Origin: Octopus vulgaris
Lineage: Eukaryota
Assembly: GCA_951406725.2 (NCBI GenBank)
Contig: OX597823.1
Coordinates: 73,284,001 to 73,348,000 of the forward strand
Direction: 5' to 3'
Length of the DNA stretch: 64,000 nt
Shown in pieces: positions 1-13,704 of this stretch. Numbering within the stretch: the stretch's first letter is position 1; every line of letters starts with the position of its first letter. Both the position numbers and the translations under genes were made by a program. The notes under the pieces were generated by a model. The model made no database searches, was not told the DNA's origin, and saw nothing but the letters and a program-made list of their open reading frames with translations.

Positions 1-1099
1 GAGTCTAAAAGCGCGATAGTACTTACTTGCCCCCTACGACTATGGCGTTGTGAATATAAATATTGATTGATTAAATGTTACACGCTGCAATTTACCTGGC
101 GGGTATAAGTGTTTCGATCTTTGAATCTAAATACATACTCGTTTAATCAAAACGGGTAAGCAGTATCTAAAACAACGAGAATAAATATCACAATAACAAC
201 ACATAGTATACAACGGAATACTAGCATTCTAAATCTTTATATTGAAAAGTGTTGCATTTAGAAATTCCTAGAAATTCTTCTACTTGTGAATGGAGGATCG
301 CGTGACTGTTGAAAGGTTGTGAAGATGAAAATCAAGATGAAACCACTAGTCTCAATATATCAGATGCATATTAATAATTGCTCATCTGATATGAGATGTT
401 TAGAGTTTCTCTATCCACCTGCATCGTTTCTGGATAATTTATGCATTTGTCTTCTGCCAGATATATGCGTTAGTTAATACGTGTAATTGAATATAAGTTT
501 CTTCACATGTGCTTTCGTGTCTACGTTTCTGTATGTATTGTCATGTTATTAGTATGTTATATGTGTTTTATTTTTTCTGATTTTGCTCTCTATAATCTTG
601 TCAATAAAATTCCTGGACGCATTTCCAGGCAGTGAACACCACTCCCAAGATCAAAAGCAAATAAGATTTTCAATTCTCTATATCTGGATGATTCTCTAAT
701 GTAAAGAGTCAAACTTCAGATACAGCATCGAATCAATCAGCAAAATATAAGAAACACATCACATTACTTTCAGTTGATTACAACTGGAGAAGACATCGGT
801 CATAAAACATTCCTTGAGAGATTTCTTTTATCTCTCTGACAATCTACCTAAGGTCATCAAATACTTTAAGGTTTATAAATGTTACCGGAATAATTGTTTT
901 CCCACACCCACAAATCATCATTTTCAGTAGGCTATAATCATTCGCAGAATAATATTTTTCAATTCACACATACATCATTTCCCAAATACGCTCAGCAAAC
1001 TGATAAAAAGACCATCTGTAATCCATTTAAGAAGGGAAAAAATCATCTCATCATGATTCACAACGCACGCATGCGTGCATCAAGGTGCAGATCACAACA

Positions 1100-1364
1100 G
1101 GTATATCCATATTACGTCATAATGCACATATTTGTACATATGTATGTGTGTGTGTATGAGAATGTCTGTTTCTCCTGCAGGAAGCAGTAATCACACATAA
1201 ATATATACGTATATACATAGTATACAATGTGTGATTGAATATATATACAGGCACACACATACATACACACACGCACACGTACACACACGTGTTTATGTGT
1301 GTGTGTGAGGTAGGTTAACGTGTGAGTTTGTGTGTGTGCCTGTGCATGTGTGTGTGTGCATGAG

Positions 1365-1395
<31 letters not shown>

Positions 1396-1447
1396 AAGAG
1401 ATACATCCATGCACACGCTCACAGGCACAAGCACACACACACTCACA

Positions 1448-1516
<69 letters not shown>

Positions 1517-2025
1517 GAGAAGAACCTGCAGTCGATCGGTTGATGCGTTTCTGCATCTGGAATATACATTGTTTATATACATCTGCATATGTGTATATTA
1601 TTATATTCGCATGCACGCTTGACTGCGAATTCTAATTAATACTAGAAAGATGGCTAACTTTGCCTAGCAAACAAAATATTGTATTGGCAGCCAATTTGTT
1701 GCAGTGTATGTTTATGCATGTTTTATATTGAATTATAAGGAGACCATGCCCGTATGATTTGTTTACGTATATGTCTTGTATATCTGAACATGTTATTTTC
1801 TCAGTTTCTTGAAGTATGCATGCATGATTGTATAAGTCAGGATGCATTTTGTTATTTATACATACGCACATGCACACACAGACACACATGCATACATATG
1901 TACATACACGCATTCATACACACATGTATGCATACATGCATATATATATACGTACATACATACTTACATAAATACATACATACATAAATACATACGTAAA
2001 TACATACATACATACATACATACTT
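1100..2025. repeat. Representative compound (CA)n/(TA)n/(CATA)n microsatellite field; similar tracts recur every 1-3 kb across the window
   Basis: Direct reading; explains the [12 protein letters not shown] ORFs. Confidence 0.95.
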
Positions 2026-2420
2026 CGTTCTTGTATATGGCTTACAAAACGCTGGGCAGGAATTCGTTTTGAAACAAATCTTGCTGTGCCTTCGTAGGAT
2101 AACTACGCCAGTAATACTAAACACACGCACTGGTTCAACATCACTTCCTACATCTGAGTTAATCGATTCAATATCTAACCAACTAACTAATCGATCGTTT
2201 GTTAAATGTGTTGGTTGAACATTCAATTGATTGTTTCTTTGTCATACTCCCTTCCTCTCTATTCATAATCTCATTAAAGACATACCCTCTCTCTTCAAGC
2301 TCTGCTTTGCGTCTGATAATTACTCTTATGCCTTTGTGAACGTACGCTTGCATGTGTGTATGTAGATGTGCCATGCGTACAGGATAAGGGAATCGTGAGA
2401 TTAATCGAAGAGTATGTGTA

Positions 2421-2632
2421 CGAGGAAGTACTGAAAAGTTCCTGGCTTTAAGGGTATCACGAAAGCTTGGTTGGAGGCCCAAACTTCCGAGATCTCTTAC
2501 AGGGCTTAGAAAACAGGACTGCAGCAATAACTGTGAGAATCTGAAAGGGGAATATATTGGATAAAATAATAATTAATTGATCCTCCTGTATTTTCTTTTG
2601 CATAAAGCCATGAAGTTTTCAGCACTCTCTCA
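2421..2632. mobile_element. Mariner-derived MITE (~210 bp)
   Basis: TA-flanked imperfect TIRs: CGAGGAAGTACTGAAAAGTTCCTGGCTTTA versus TAAAGCCATGAAGTTTTCAGCACTCTCTCA. A second, inverted copy is at 44014-44210. Confidence 0.8.
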
Positions 2633-3239
2633 TACTTGGGGGAGTATAAGGACAGGAAACAGTTGCCCATACTGTAGTACCATGCCAAAGATCAACATGG
2701 TGGTATTAGGTGGATCAAATTACCACCGAAATTTTGTCTAAACATCCGAGTGGACCTTCAACAAAATGACCGAACCATTAAAGAGGTCGCAGATAACCAA
2801 GGCACGCACTCGCAAATGTAGAAACACACATTACAGGTAGGCACTCATGTGTACACGCAGAACCACAAGCAGACCTATGCACACACTTACACTTCGTTTA
2901 CTCCCTCCTTTCCTTTATCTTGTAAGCACGACGCACCTATACATACACATACAAACATACATACCCACAAGTAGAAGAGTGATTCTCTGACAGATTCAAG
3001 ACAGATCCAGAAGAGAGAAATCTAGTCATTAATAAGGTCACGAAGAACGATGAAAGGGATTTGATAAACAAACAACCGATTAAATATCAAAACCGACACA
3101 TAAAACAAACAATCGATTTGTTTTTTATTTAGATATTTAACTGATCAGCTAACAATAAGGAAGTGATATTGAACCATCGTTTGTACTTGTTATTATTCGC
3201 AAAACATGATGCATACACACACACATACACACACAAATA

Positions 3240-4114
3240 CAGGGTGCGTGAATATAGTGTCGTCTAAATTACGCCAAAATGAAAATAACACTGACATCTC
3301 ATTTTACCAGATATATTTACCAAAATTACATTAAAATATTTTAAAATACGAAAGAGTAACTTTATTCAATAAAATCGCCATTGGTTTCAACCACAGCCTA
3401 CAGAAGACTTCAGAATATTCTGCTACTCTTCTGGACGGTCTCTTTCTTTGAGTTGGTGAATGTTACCATAATCCTTGCTTTCAGTTCATCTTTGGTGTTA
3501 CAAATACTTTTGTTGGTCACTCGCTCAACTGTATCCCACACATAATAATCAATGAGGTTGCAATCTTGGGAGTTAGGTGGCCAGGTTTTAGGAGTAATGT
3601 GCTTGAAGAAATTGTCCGACAGCCATGACTGGGTTCTCCTGCTTGTGTGGCATGGTACAGAGTCCTGTTGCCAGTCATAGAGTTTTCCAGCAGTCACCCT
3701 CACCAGGCAGCACTGGCTCCTCCAGGCACTTGATATAGGCCTCCGTGTTGAGTGTGAGGCTGTGTGGGAGGATGAATAACGCCGCTATCACAAGTGGTCA
3801 CTCCAAACATCATGATGTTGACTGGATGTTTAATATTTATCACTCTCGGTACATGTTCTCAGGTTACACTGTCACCAGATTGACACCCAAACACTCTGAA
3901 ATGTTCGTACTGCAGCTTCCGGCACGAATGCCAAGCAGTACAGCATGTCGTTTCCAAATTTCTGGCAGAGGGAATTGCGTCATGGTGGTGTTTTTCTCAC
4001 AGACGGTACTCAACTGACTCTACTATACTGTGTAGTCAAATAAATCAAAAATAAACGATGCGCAAACGCGAAATTATAAATAGAAAATGACGTCAACTTA
4101 CCTATCGCAACCTG
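3240..4114 (-). mobile_element. Internally deleted Tc1/mariner element, DD37D (maT)-like transposase remnant
   Basis: TA-CAGGGTGCG...CGCAACCTG-TA ends. ORF 3410-3703 has WQQDSVPCH and WPPNSQDCNLIDYYVW, the catalytic D and WPPxSPDLNPxDY motifs. Confidence 0.85.
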
Positions 4115-4130
4115 TATGCGTATATGTATG

Positions 4131-4164
<34 letters not shown>

Positions 4165-4403
4165 TGTATGTATGTATGTATATATATATATATGTATGTA
4201 TTTATGTGTGTATATATATATATAGTCCAACCTATGTTAGCAATGAAAACAGAGGTTATGTGAAAATGATGATGACAATACATATGTGTATATATATATA
4301 TATATAGATATATAATATGCATATATATGAATGTTTATATGTATAACTATTCGTATATTTATACAAATTTACATATGTATACATATATATATATATATAG
4401 AGA

Positions 4404-4660
4404 TATCCGGACTGTTGCCATAGTAATGAAGCTGGATACAGATTAACCCTGAACTCTGCTGTGTATACCCATTACGTTTTAATGTTCTAGCTCACCTCTG
4501 CTGTTTACACCAGTGCTTGAAAGAAGGAAAGTCTGTAGCGTGTGATCGTCACATTGACCATGACAGAGGAAGCTGAGCAGAGAATTTTCATCAAATTTTG
4601 CCAAAAGCTTGGCGATACATGCTCACAGGCCTACACAAAGTATCCAAAAAGTTTTCAATA
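4404..4660 (+). mobile_element. Mariner 5' end fragment (same family as 39845-40691)
   Basis: Encodes MTEEAEQRIFIKFCQKLGDTCSQAY (mariner N-terminal HTH start); visibly aligns to 39860-40130. Confidence 0.8.
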
Positions 4661-5393
4661 TATATATATATATACATCACTACACTTTGGTCATAGTCTC
4701 TATTATATGCATGTTTATAAACTCGTAGAACATTGCAAGTATTTTCTCCATGCAGGGTTAGAGATATGCCTCTTTCTCTATTCATTTATGAATTTGCAAC
4801 AATAATCTACACTCCACTATTCCATTCCTACGTTTCCCTTTGTTTCTACCCCTCTTCTTTCTGTGTTTTCTCTCCGTCTATCTATCTTTCTCTTTCGTTT
4901 GCTTGCCCTTTCTGCTTTACAAGCACACCTACAAATACAAATTGACGCTGCACACACACACACAATTGCATATAATATCATATATTCAAATACAAAAGAC
5001 ATACACAAACAATGAGGAAAACCCATTGTATTCTTCTCGCACATTACCATGACACCAACACACAACTCGGCCTCTCTCTTGTCTACTACACTGTGCACGA
5101 CATCTATTTCCGGTTTGGTAATCAAGCGTTGATGTAAATTTCTCCTTCATATATTCTTTGTACTTCATTCATGCATTCTTCGAGAATTCTGCATCAAGAA
5201 ATTGAGAAGATGCTGCTCCATATTCTTATAGCGTCTTCTTTTCTTTTCTTTTTTATTACGTAAACGACTATGGGTGTCTGTATATGAACATAACTTTATT
5301 CATTTGTACAAACACAACTGCATGCGCACTTAAATACGCATACATTTACACACAGATTCATATATACGCATGCATGTATGTATGTATGTGTGA

Positions 5394-5437
<44 letters not shown>

Positions 5438-5466
5438 GTATATTTATATATCTTTATCAATATACA

Positions 5467-5520
<54 letters not shown>

Positions 5521-5870
5521 TGTATGTTGATAAAGATATATAAATATACATTTTTATACCTGTTTATTATGTATATAAACATGTATGTGTATGTGTGTCT
5601 TCGTGTGTGTGTGTGTGTGTGTGCGTGTATGTGTGCAGAAAGAGGGATATAGTAAAAGACACAGATGCAGGCATCGATAGAAAGATAGATGGAATGTTCA
5701 AGATTTACAATGAAAGAATAAGAGTACTGAATGGATATTACTATTTTATTCTTTAATTAATTCCAGCTTGACAGCTGTAGCCATGATGGAACAGCAGATT
5801 ATATTGCGTATTTTTTTGTCGCAACTCAAGTTTTACGCACACGATGTACAGACAATAACTGAAAACCGGG

Positions 5871-5925
5871 TTAATGCGTCCGTATAGTTTCATAATAGTT
5901 GTATATATTTTCTTGTACCTTTGCC
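5871..5925 (-). other. Candidate coding exon (terminal) of a minus-strand gene/pseudogene
   Basis: Acceptor gtttttag. Joined to 6135-6212 it reads ...KIFLW-AKVQENIYNYYETIRTH*. No homology recognised. Confidence 0.25.
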
Positions 5926-5978
5926 CTAAAAACACTGTTATGTGCAATTAACGTTTTTACTTTTAATCATGAGAAACT

Positions 5979-6063
5979 ATTGACGGGTAAGTATTTAGGT
6001 ATGTCCTAATTTTAAATTTAGATATGTCCTATTGACGGGTAAGTGTTTAGATATGTCCTAATT
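5979..6063. repeat. Short local direct duplication
   Basis: ATTGACGGGTAAGTRTTTAGRTATGTCCTAATT occurs twice with a partial third copy between. Confidence 0.8.
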
Positions 6064-6134
6064 GTGTAATGGTTAAAATTGTTTGTCTTTAAAAGTTTAT
6101 AGGTAGAATAATTTATCGCTTGCAATAAATATAC

Positions 6135-6212
6135 CAAAGGAAAATCTTTGGAATAGCTCTTTGTTTTCCAACACGCCACACTGGAATTTGCTTGGCTACC
6201 GTTACCGCGAAG
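6135..6212 (-). other. Candidate 78-bp coding exon
   Basis: ttag acceptor and gtatat donor; open in two frames (FAVTVAKQIPVWRVGKQRAIPKIFL or LRGNGSQANSSVACWKTKSYSKDFPL). Confidence 0.25.
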
Positions 6213-6592
6213 CTAACATATTTTTCAATATCGGGATAAGTTGGGCCTATCAGAGGGTTTGAAATTTCAACAAAACAGTTGTATTACTTTCACTGAGATC
6301 AGTATCACTGATTTTATATTGCAATGCCATTCTTATGACATTCAATAGGATAGCATAGTATCTACAGAGTTTCAATGAGGACCTTTATAATACTTTTCAA
6401 GTAATGAAATCAATTTAAGCTTGAATAATTTACCTACAAAATCAAGCGGATTTGAAGCACTTTATAAACCAGGTTTGAATAACATTATAAACTAGATTCG
6501 AAGCACTACAAAACCAGGTAGAATTGAGTCAATAGATATCTTTTTATCTACCATGTATCACAAGTCATTAAAATTCAATAGATGAAGATTTT

Positions 6593-6651
6593 TCATGTTT
6601 TGACGCCATTGCTACGGCATCTCTTAGCGTTGTTTATATGGTAAGATAAAC
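6593..6651 (-). CDS. Candidate phase-1 exon ending in a stop codon
   Basis: Strong acceptor cttcattttcag; continues the frame of exon 10547-10621 as RLSYHINNAKRCRSNGVKT*. Confidence 0.35.
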
Positions 6652-7090
6652 CTGAAAATGAAGATGGCATCACCATACTCCCAACTTGTTCAGTTTTATT
6701 CACATTATTTGCGATAATGATCCGCTAACCCGCTGGAACTTTCTACTCACATTTGTCTGTTGCCTTATCTCACACATCATAAGTTCGCTTCTACTTTCAA
6801 ATGACTTTCAACTGCACAATGCTGAAATGCGGTATAGATTAAAATTCATCTCTAATCGTAGCTCGCATTACGTTTTGCTGCAAAATCATAAAACATATTT
6901 TCATCATTACTTCTTTATCTATCATTAATTGACAAATCACGTTCATACATAAGTTCAATAACAAAATGAAGTGCTTTTATATGTATGAATTTACGGCGAT
7001 GTATGTGTTTTTGCATATAAATGTTTTGCTTTGTGTGTATATATATATATATATATATAGACACGTACATACACACACAGACACACACAG

Positions 7091-7130
<40 letters not shown>

Positions 7131-7316
7131 GTATATCTATCTATCTATATATATATACATATATATATATATATACGTATATTGAAACTAATATTTTGCC
7201 AAGAGAGTTGTAAAAGGTTTTTAATTGCTAAACACTTAAAGCAAAAATACAGTTGTATTATAAACACGGCATGTGTGAATGTCTGTGTGTACGTGTATAT
7301 CTACATGTGAACATGT

Positions 7317-7367
<51 letters not shown>

Positions 7368-8027
7368 TATCACATGTCTTGATCAGCACAAAACAGCAAG
7401 ATCTAGTTAAATATATGGAAAGCTTTTTTCCTAATAGTGAATAAGGCTACCGCAATGCTGGTAACTCTTCGGTGTCTTTGCCGTGGCTAGCATTTCCTCC
7501 CCACGGCGCTTAGCTTGTAAGTTTTGTTTATGTGTGACAGCAGACTAAACCGTCTACGGTGTCTTATCAACCACAGTCACTTTCAACTGGTTTTGGCTGT
7601 CATTGCTATCTCTTCAGTATCTTTTACCAGCCGTTTTGGCTTCTAAACCGATCTGGCTGGAAGACTACAACAGCCGATATCAAAAGAGAATGTGGCTGCT
7701 TGCCAACATTTGACAAAAGCTGCATCAACGAATTCATGATATTTACATGGACACACATACACTAACATATACGCACGCATGCACACAGACACAGGCACAT
7801 ACATACACACACACACACATACATACACACATATATATGTGTGTGCAACGTTATAGCTGCTTGCAACGTTATACTGTTAAGGAAAATTACAGTCGTCAAC
7901 TAAACTTGACTAAGTGTATGAATAACACATAGATTGCTAGAAATAGGAACCAACATGGTCCGATATATATATACATACATACACACACGCGCGCAAACAC
8001 ACACACACACACATACACACACACACA

Positions 8028-8106
<79 letters not shown>

Positions 8107-8369
8107 TCTTTTTTTTTTTCGAAACGCGTAGTGGATGAAACAGGGACAACTGAAGAAGGGGAATATTCCTCATGTTGTATGTCTTGTACTCTGTTTTTTT
8201 CGTTGTCTGAAAAAAAGTTCGTTTCTGTGTTTTTGTTTTTATGTTTTCGTTTCTCATTGCGTTCTACGTATTTTTTATGTCTTGTACCCATATATGCATG
8301 TATATATATACATATATATGTAGGTGTGTACATATATGTTTGTATATATGTATACATTTATATATTATT

Positions 8370-8417
<48 letters not shown>

Positions 8418-8642
8418 ATGTATGTATATATAAAAAAGATGAGGATCGAAATCCTTCAAAGGGTTGTCAAACATCAAAGTCCACCGCTACAAACCAAGCA
8501 AAGAATATATATAAAATATATATTCAGTATTTGCAAAATCAATAAATGAAGTATAAGATTGATAATGTTTTAATTTGATCGACTTTACTTTTTATTGAAA
8601 CTGCCTCTATTGTTATTGTTTTTATATCTCCTAACATAGGAT

Positions 8643-9046
8643 GACGGCGAGCTGGCCGAATCGTTTGCACGCCGGGCGAAATACTTAGCGCTACGTTCTG
8701 AGTTCAAAATCCGCCGAGGATGAATTTGCCTTTCTTCCTTTCGGATTCGATTAAATAAGTATCACTTTCGCACTGGGGTCAATCTAATCGACTTAATCCC
8801 TTCCCCCAAGCTGCCTTTGTGGCAAAAAGTTGAAATCATTATTTCTCTTAATATAAAAAAGGCGGCGAGCTGGCAAAGTCCTTAGCACGCCGAACAAAAT
8901 GATCTCAAAATGGACACAAATTCAATCGCTTTTGCCTTTCGTTCTTTTGGCGTCATAACATAAGAGCCAGTTAAATACTGGGGTCGATGTACTCGACTTA
9001 ACCTCACCCTTGAAATTGCTGGCCTTGTGCTAAAGTCTGCAACCAT
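8643..9046 (+). mobile_element. Two tandem tRNA-derived SINE copies (family A)
   Basis: Heads GRCGGCGAGCTGGC at 8643 and 8861, B-box-like GAGTTCAAA, central GCCTTTC...GGGGTCGAT block shared with the best copy at 36310-36541. Confidence 0.8.
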
Positions 9047-9426
9047 CATTACCTCCGCCTTAGCAAAGGCGGAGGTACTGTTTTCAGTTGCGTTTTTTTG
9101 TTTGCTAGTTTGTCCGTGGACAAGATATATCAAGAACTGCTGGATGGATTCGGATGAAACCTTCAGGGATATTTAGCTTCGTGACTCGTACGAACTGATT
9201 AGATTTTGGGATCGATCAAGTACCGGGCAAGGATTCTGGACTATTTTCCTGTTTTTTTTTTTACTTAATTTTTGAGAGCGGTCGGGTTCATTTTTAGTAT
9301 TCACGCTTGTGAGAACAGTCGAGCTTATTTCAGATTATTCTCATTTTAAACATCATCTCTGGCTAATCGTTGACAGGACGTTGATGCTGCCTCGGTGGAG
9401 GTCTGCTCTCTCTGGGTGCTCTTGTT
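9047..9426 (+). mobile_element. Non-autonomous Helentron/HINE (DINE-1-like) element
   Basis: 5' palindromic subterminal repeat ACCTCCGCC-TTAGCAAA-GGCGGAGGT; 3' subTIR GGTGGAGGT followed by a short GCTCTC-TCT-GGGTGC hairpin and T-rich end. Confidence 0.7.
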
Positions 9427-9446
9427 ATTATTATTTCTTTTACCAA

Positions 9447-9615
9447 AGCAGCGAGATGGCAAAATCCTTAGAACGCCGGACGAAATACACAACAGCATTT
9501 TGTTCTGAATCCAAATTCTGCCGAGGTTGACGTTGACTTTCATCCCTTTGGGATGATGTAATCGACTTAGCCGCTCCCCAGAATTGCTGTCCTTGTGCTA
9601 AAATTTGAAATCATT
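9447..9615 (+). mobile_element. SINE family A, degenerate copy
   Basis: AGCAGCGAGATGGC head, CCGAGGTTGAC, CTTTCATCC and GATGTAATCGACTT blocks. Confidence 0.7.
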
Positions 9616-9934
9616 ATTATTGTTATCATTATTACTACTTTTATTATTAGCAATATTGTACAAATACGATGCATTCTCTCCGTCACCATCATCATTGCTA
9701 CCACCCTTACTCCTATCCAAACCTATTTCTAACTCATCTTTCAAATAGTGGCCAAGCAGAGAAATATGTAGCAAAACTATACATACATACAATTTTTATT
9801 ACATATTCCTCTTATATATTTTTACTATTAACTTTGTTAAGGTTAATATCTAACTATTAACACCGAAACCAACATATTTTACCTTCTATATGTATCTTTC
9901 GCATTATAATATTCTAATGTGTTTGTGTCTGTTT

Positions 9935-10280
9935 TCTACTCTTTCTTTTACTAGTTTCAGTCATTTGATTGCGGCCATGCTGGAGCCCCGCCTTTTAGTC
10001 GAATAGATCTACCCCAGGACTTATTCTTCGTAAGCCTAGTACTTATTCTATCGGTCTCTTTTGCCGACCCGCCAAGTTACGCGGACCTAAACACACGAAC
10101 ATCGGGGGCATAAACACAGACACACAAACACACACATAGGCTTCTTTCTGGTTTCTGTCTACTAAATCCACTCACAAGGCTTAGTAAGAATAAGTCCTTG
10201 GGTGGGTTTGCTCAACTAAAGGTGGTGTCCAGTATGGTTGCAGTCAAATGACTGAAACAAATAATAGCGTAAAAGAATAT
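9935..10280. mobile_element. SINE family B 3' part (-) followed by an inverted 3' fragment (+)
   Basis: 9935-10182 matches 26931-27400; 10185-10280 is the reverse complement of the same tail (CAGTCAAATGACTGAAACAA). Confidence 0.8.
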
Positions 10281-10546
10281 ATATATACGAGAACTATTGT
10301 AGTTCGCTTGAAGCATTGTATATTGTTTGTAAATAATAAACTATTTTGAATGACACAACAATGTACTATAATACAAACAATGGACTATAATAATTGTAAT
10401 TTAATCATTCATAGTCTGATATGATATTTCGGCATAAAATTCCTTCATCAGATATCCCTAGGAATTGATGGAGTCGCTGCTATAATCGGTTTTCCAACGG
10501 CTTTTCTTTGTTTTTTTTTTCGGAAGCGTCTTAGCAGTGGACTCAC

Positions 10547-10621
10547 GAATTTCTTTCCGGAATTCCTCATGAGAAATTCTTGAGGTCAGCCATGTCTGAA
10601 TCTCGAGTTTGCTGTCACATC
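10547..10621 (-). CDS. Candidate 75-bp phase 1-1 exon
   Basis: Donor C|GTGAGT, acceptor ctctaag (weak pyrimidine tract); reads GCDSKLEIQTWLTSRISHEEFRKEI in frame with 12377-12595. Confidence 0.4.
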
Positions 10622-10662
10622 CTTAGAGCTGCTTCTAAGTTATGTGTTATACGTGCAGCTTT

Positions 10663-10715
<53 letters not shown>

Positions 10716-11262
10716 ATTGACTATCCCTTCCGCCAAAATTGCTGGTCTTTTGTCAAAGTTTGAAATAGATAGATAGATTGATTGATTCATTCATTCATTT
10801 ATTCATTCATTCATTCATTTTCTCTTTCATATAACCCTGTTTATATTGATCTTATCCTTCATCCCTCTCTTTCCCTGTTCTTTCGATCTTTCTTCATTGT
10901 TCGCAATCTGTTCATTAATGCTTTCTTTGAAATCCCCATCACAGTTGATTTATACCACTTTGTACAGTAATACACATATTTAAATACTCTTACTTCATCG
11001 ACCTGACAACTATCTGGCTATAGAATGTCAAGAATGATCAATTTGAAAATTTAAAACTGTCATCTTTACCATTTATATTTACTTATTCGTCTTCTTTTTG
11101 GTTTTTTTTTGTTGTTTTTTTTTCTTGTCCAACAAAATATAGGCTATACTCACCAAATTGACTATATGTGAACACAAGGTGAATTCATTCAAGCTTTTCT
11201 CTTATAAATTTATGCTTTCGACCATGATGAAAAGACTGTGGGAGTTGCGTTGTACAATCAAT

Positions 11263-11572
11263 GTTAAACGATAAACGTCGCCTTTTTCTAGCCTATCCAT
11301 GCTCATGGACCCGGTTTCTGTGGCATATGTGTTCCACCCAGCTGACGGGACACCACTCCATCGCAGCGTTACTCAAGAAACAGGAAGATAGAGTGAGAGA
11401 AAGTTGTGGCGAAAGAGTACAACAGGGGTCGCCACCACCCCTTGCCGGAGCCTCGTGGAGCTTTTAGGTGTTTTCGCTCAACAAACACACACAGCGCCCG
11501 GTCTGGGAAACGAAACCGCGATTCTCCGACCGCGAGTCTGCTGCCCTAACCACAGGGCCACTGTGCCTCCAC
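11263..11572 (-). mobile_element. tRNA-derived SINE family C with V-domain-like tail
   Basis: Head GTGGAGGCACAGTGGCCCTGTGGTTAGGGC...GGTTTCGTTTCC; 9-bp TSD ACAATCAAT at 11254-11262 and 11573-11581. Confidence 0.85.
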
Positions 11573-12376
11573 ACAATCAATATTACATAATCGTTACTTA
11601 TATTCATGTTATCCAGCTCGTTATTAATTTGAGCGATATGTTGTTGAAACGGTCGTAACCATAGAATAAATGTTATACCAGTACCCCCATTCATCTGGTT
11701 GTTACACACTCACACAAACATACAATTGTATATATATATTTATATATATATATACAGGCATACATGCGCAAGGTGATATGTGTAGATATAGAAACAATCT
11801 TTCTCTTTTGTCACAATACCTTCGTGTTCATAAACTTACATACACACCTGTATCTCTCTCTCTCTCTCTGTAAGAGTATGTGTACGTGTACGTCTATGTG
11901 CATGCCTCTATGTGTGCGTATTTCTCTTTCCTACAATCTGAACAATCAGATATAAAGCAGCTGTTTATATCTTTCATTTTGAACTTTCACTCGTTGATCT
12001 TCCCCTTCTCTTCATTTCATGTGCGCTAAAATACACGCACACAATGAGAGAGCGTGCACGTGTTTGTGCGTATGAGTGCGTGCATGCGTTTCTACATTCT
12101 TCACCCTGTTCATTCAATGCCTTGTTTCTTTTATTGTGATCCTTCTCTTCATCAAGATATACGTTCATTTAGTTGTGAGTCTCTTTAAAGTGTACTTTTT
12201 CTTCTTCCTCTCGTACATATATTTCCCTTTCATTTCTCTCCTTTTAATCACCACTTTACTGTATTCTTTTAGATGTTACTCTGCGCTTCGAATTCACTTG
12301 ATCATTAGTCAGACAGTAGGACTGGAGCCAGGAAGAACTAATTAATATGATATCGACAATATCATGAATTACTCGC

Positions 12377-12595
12377 CTATTCCCACTCCTCTATAATAGC
12401 TGCTATGTCCATTACAGTTCTTATCGTGATTTTCTTTCATCGTCATCATAAACACTTCTGCAGATTTCTCCACGTAGTCGTTCGTCATGCGAGAAATATC
12501 AAACACATCTACCGAAAAACCACACCTAGTGTCACCAAAGGGAAAAGTCACTTTGGATAATGTATCGCATGATTCACGGGATTCAGAATACACTC
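12377..12595 (-). CDS. Candidate 219-bp phase 1-1 exon, product unknown
   Basis: Acceptor ctttaatttaag, GC-type donor AG|GCGAGT; 73 open, non-repetitive codons (GVYSESRESCDTLSKVTFPFGDTRCGFSVDVFD...YYRGVGI). Confidence 0.45.
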
Positions 12596-13021
12596 CTTAA
12601 ATTAAAGATGGAATAATCGTGAACACAGTTGCAGATTGCTAATAAGCCCGTTTGATTAAGATTCACCTGGGAGCTGATCAATAGTAAGAACAGTAACTAC
12701 AACAACGCAAACCTTTCGGCTTTAAAACTGGATATATTGTGTTATGTAGAATTGGATACACAAATGGAAAATTACAGTTTGAATATCTTTGATTATAGGT
12801 TTGTTCTACTGTGTTGATCTTGAGCTAAACAACAAGAACTCAGCAATATTATTTCATTGAATTACAGGTAGAAAGGATCAATGAGCTCCCAACTCTTATA
12901 GAGGTCGGGCGATTAAGTATAAAATAAGCAAATAATCTACATTGTTAAGATATAAAGTAACGTGTATATCAGATCCGGGCTTGGTAATCACTCGTAGTAC
13001 AATAAGAACAGTACTTCTTAT

Positions 13022-13063
<42 letters not shown>

Positions 13064-13214
13064 CCTTTAATAAACACAATATATATTTTTTGAACGAGCT
13101 ATTAATATTTTCATGCCATGCGAGAAAGACCTAATCAGACACCATCTTGCAACATCTCTGGTGCCTTCACACGATCCGTAGGCTTTGCCTGCATAACATG
13201 ACAAACTAAAAAAT

Positions 13215-13407
13215 TTAATTTGTTATGCCTTGTAGGCAGAGCCTGAAGGCACCAGACGTGTTAGAAAATGCTGTCTGAGTAGATTTTCATCGCACAAAAC
13301 TGTTAGAAGCTCATAAAAAAACCTTAATACTGAGTTTATTAAATAATATTCATCTATTTTTGTTGATCTTAACTTGACGGAACAGCATACTACATATATT
13401 TGTATCT
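13215..13407 (+). repeat. Left arm of a 193-bp near-identical inverted repeat (partner 15202-15394)
   Basis: Direct reverse-complement match with only a handful of substitutions. An older, diverged inverted copy sits at ~13045-13200. Confidence 0.9.
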
Positions 13408-13422
13408 ATCTCTGCCCCCACC

Positions 13423-13474
<52 letters not shown>

Positions 13475-13478
<4 letters not shown>

Positions 13479-13690
13479 AATGTGACCTCGTGTGTACTGT
13501 TGGCGATTTTTTTCCTCTGTCTTCCCTTCTCTGGATCTTTCCTTCTCCTATGTTTCCGACGAAGAGCTCCGCTCGAACGTTAAACCCTCCTTCTTTCCTT
13601 CTTTCCTGAGCGTCCAATAATACTATATTTGTTCCACGTCCTCGCGTTGTTGTGTATTTTTGTGCTTTCTTGTTTGGATTAACTTCATAT
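13475..13690 (+). mobile_element. PLE pLTR-like repeat with degenerate hammerhead (13552-13585)
   Basis: GTTT-CCGACGA-AGAGC-TCC-GCTC-GAA-CGTT-AAAC; the 3' part recurs at 15063-15122 (+) and 38350-38452 (-). Confidence 0.6.
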
Positions 13691-13704
13691 ATATATATAT
13701 ATAT

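Noticed and set aside
350-396. Short hairpin, and a possible PLE remnant across 60-900
   Set aside because: Only a 10-14-bp stem in AT-rich DNA, and the peptide similarity is too weak to support.
1112-2226. Long ORFs rich in YI/HT/CV (and many similar ORFs across the window)
   Set aside because: They are translations of (TA)n/(CA)n microsatellites, which lack stop codons.
13240-13282. CTGAAGG..GAAA..TC as a hammerhead inside the 193-bp repeat
   Set aside because: Core deviates and stems I and III do not pair convincingly.
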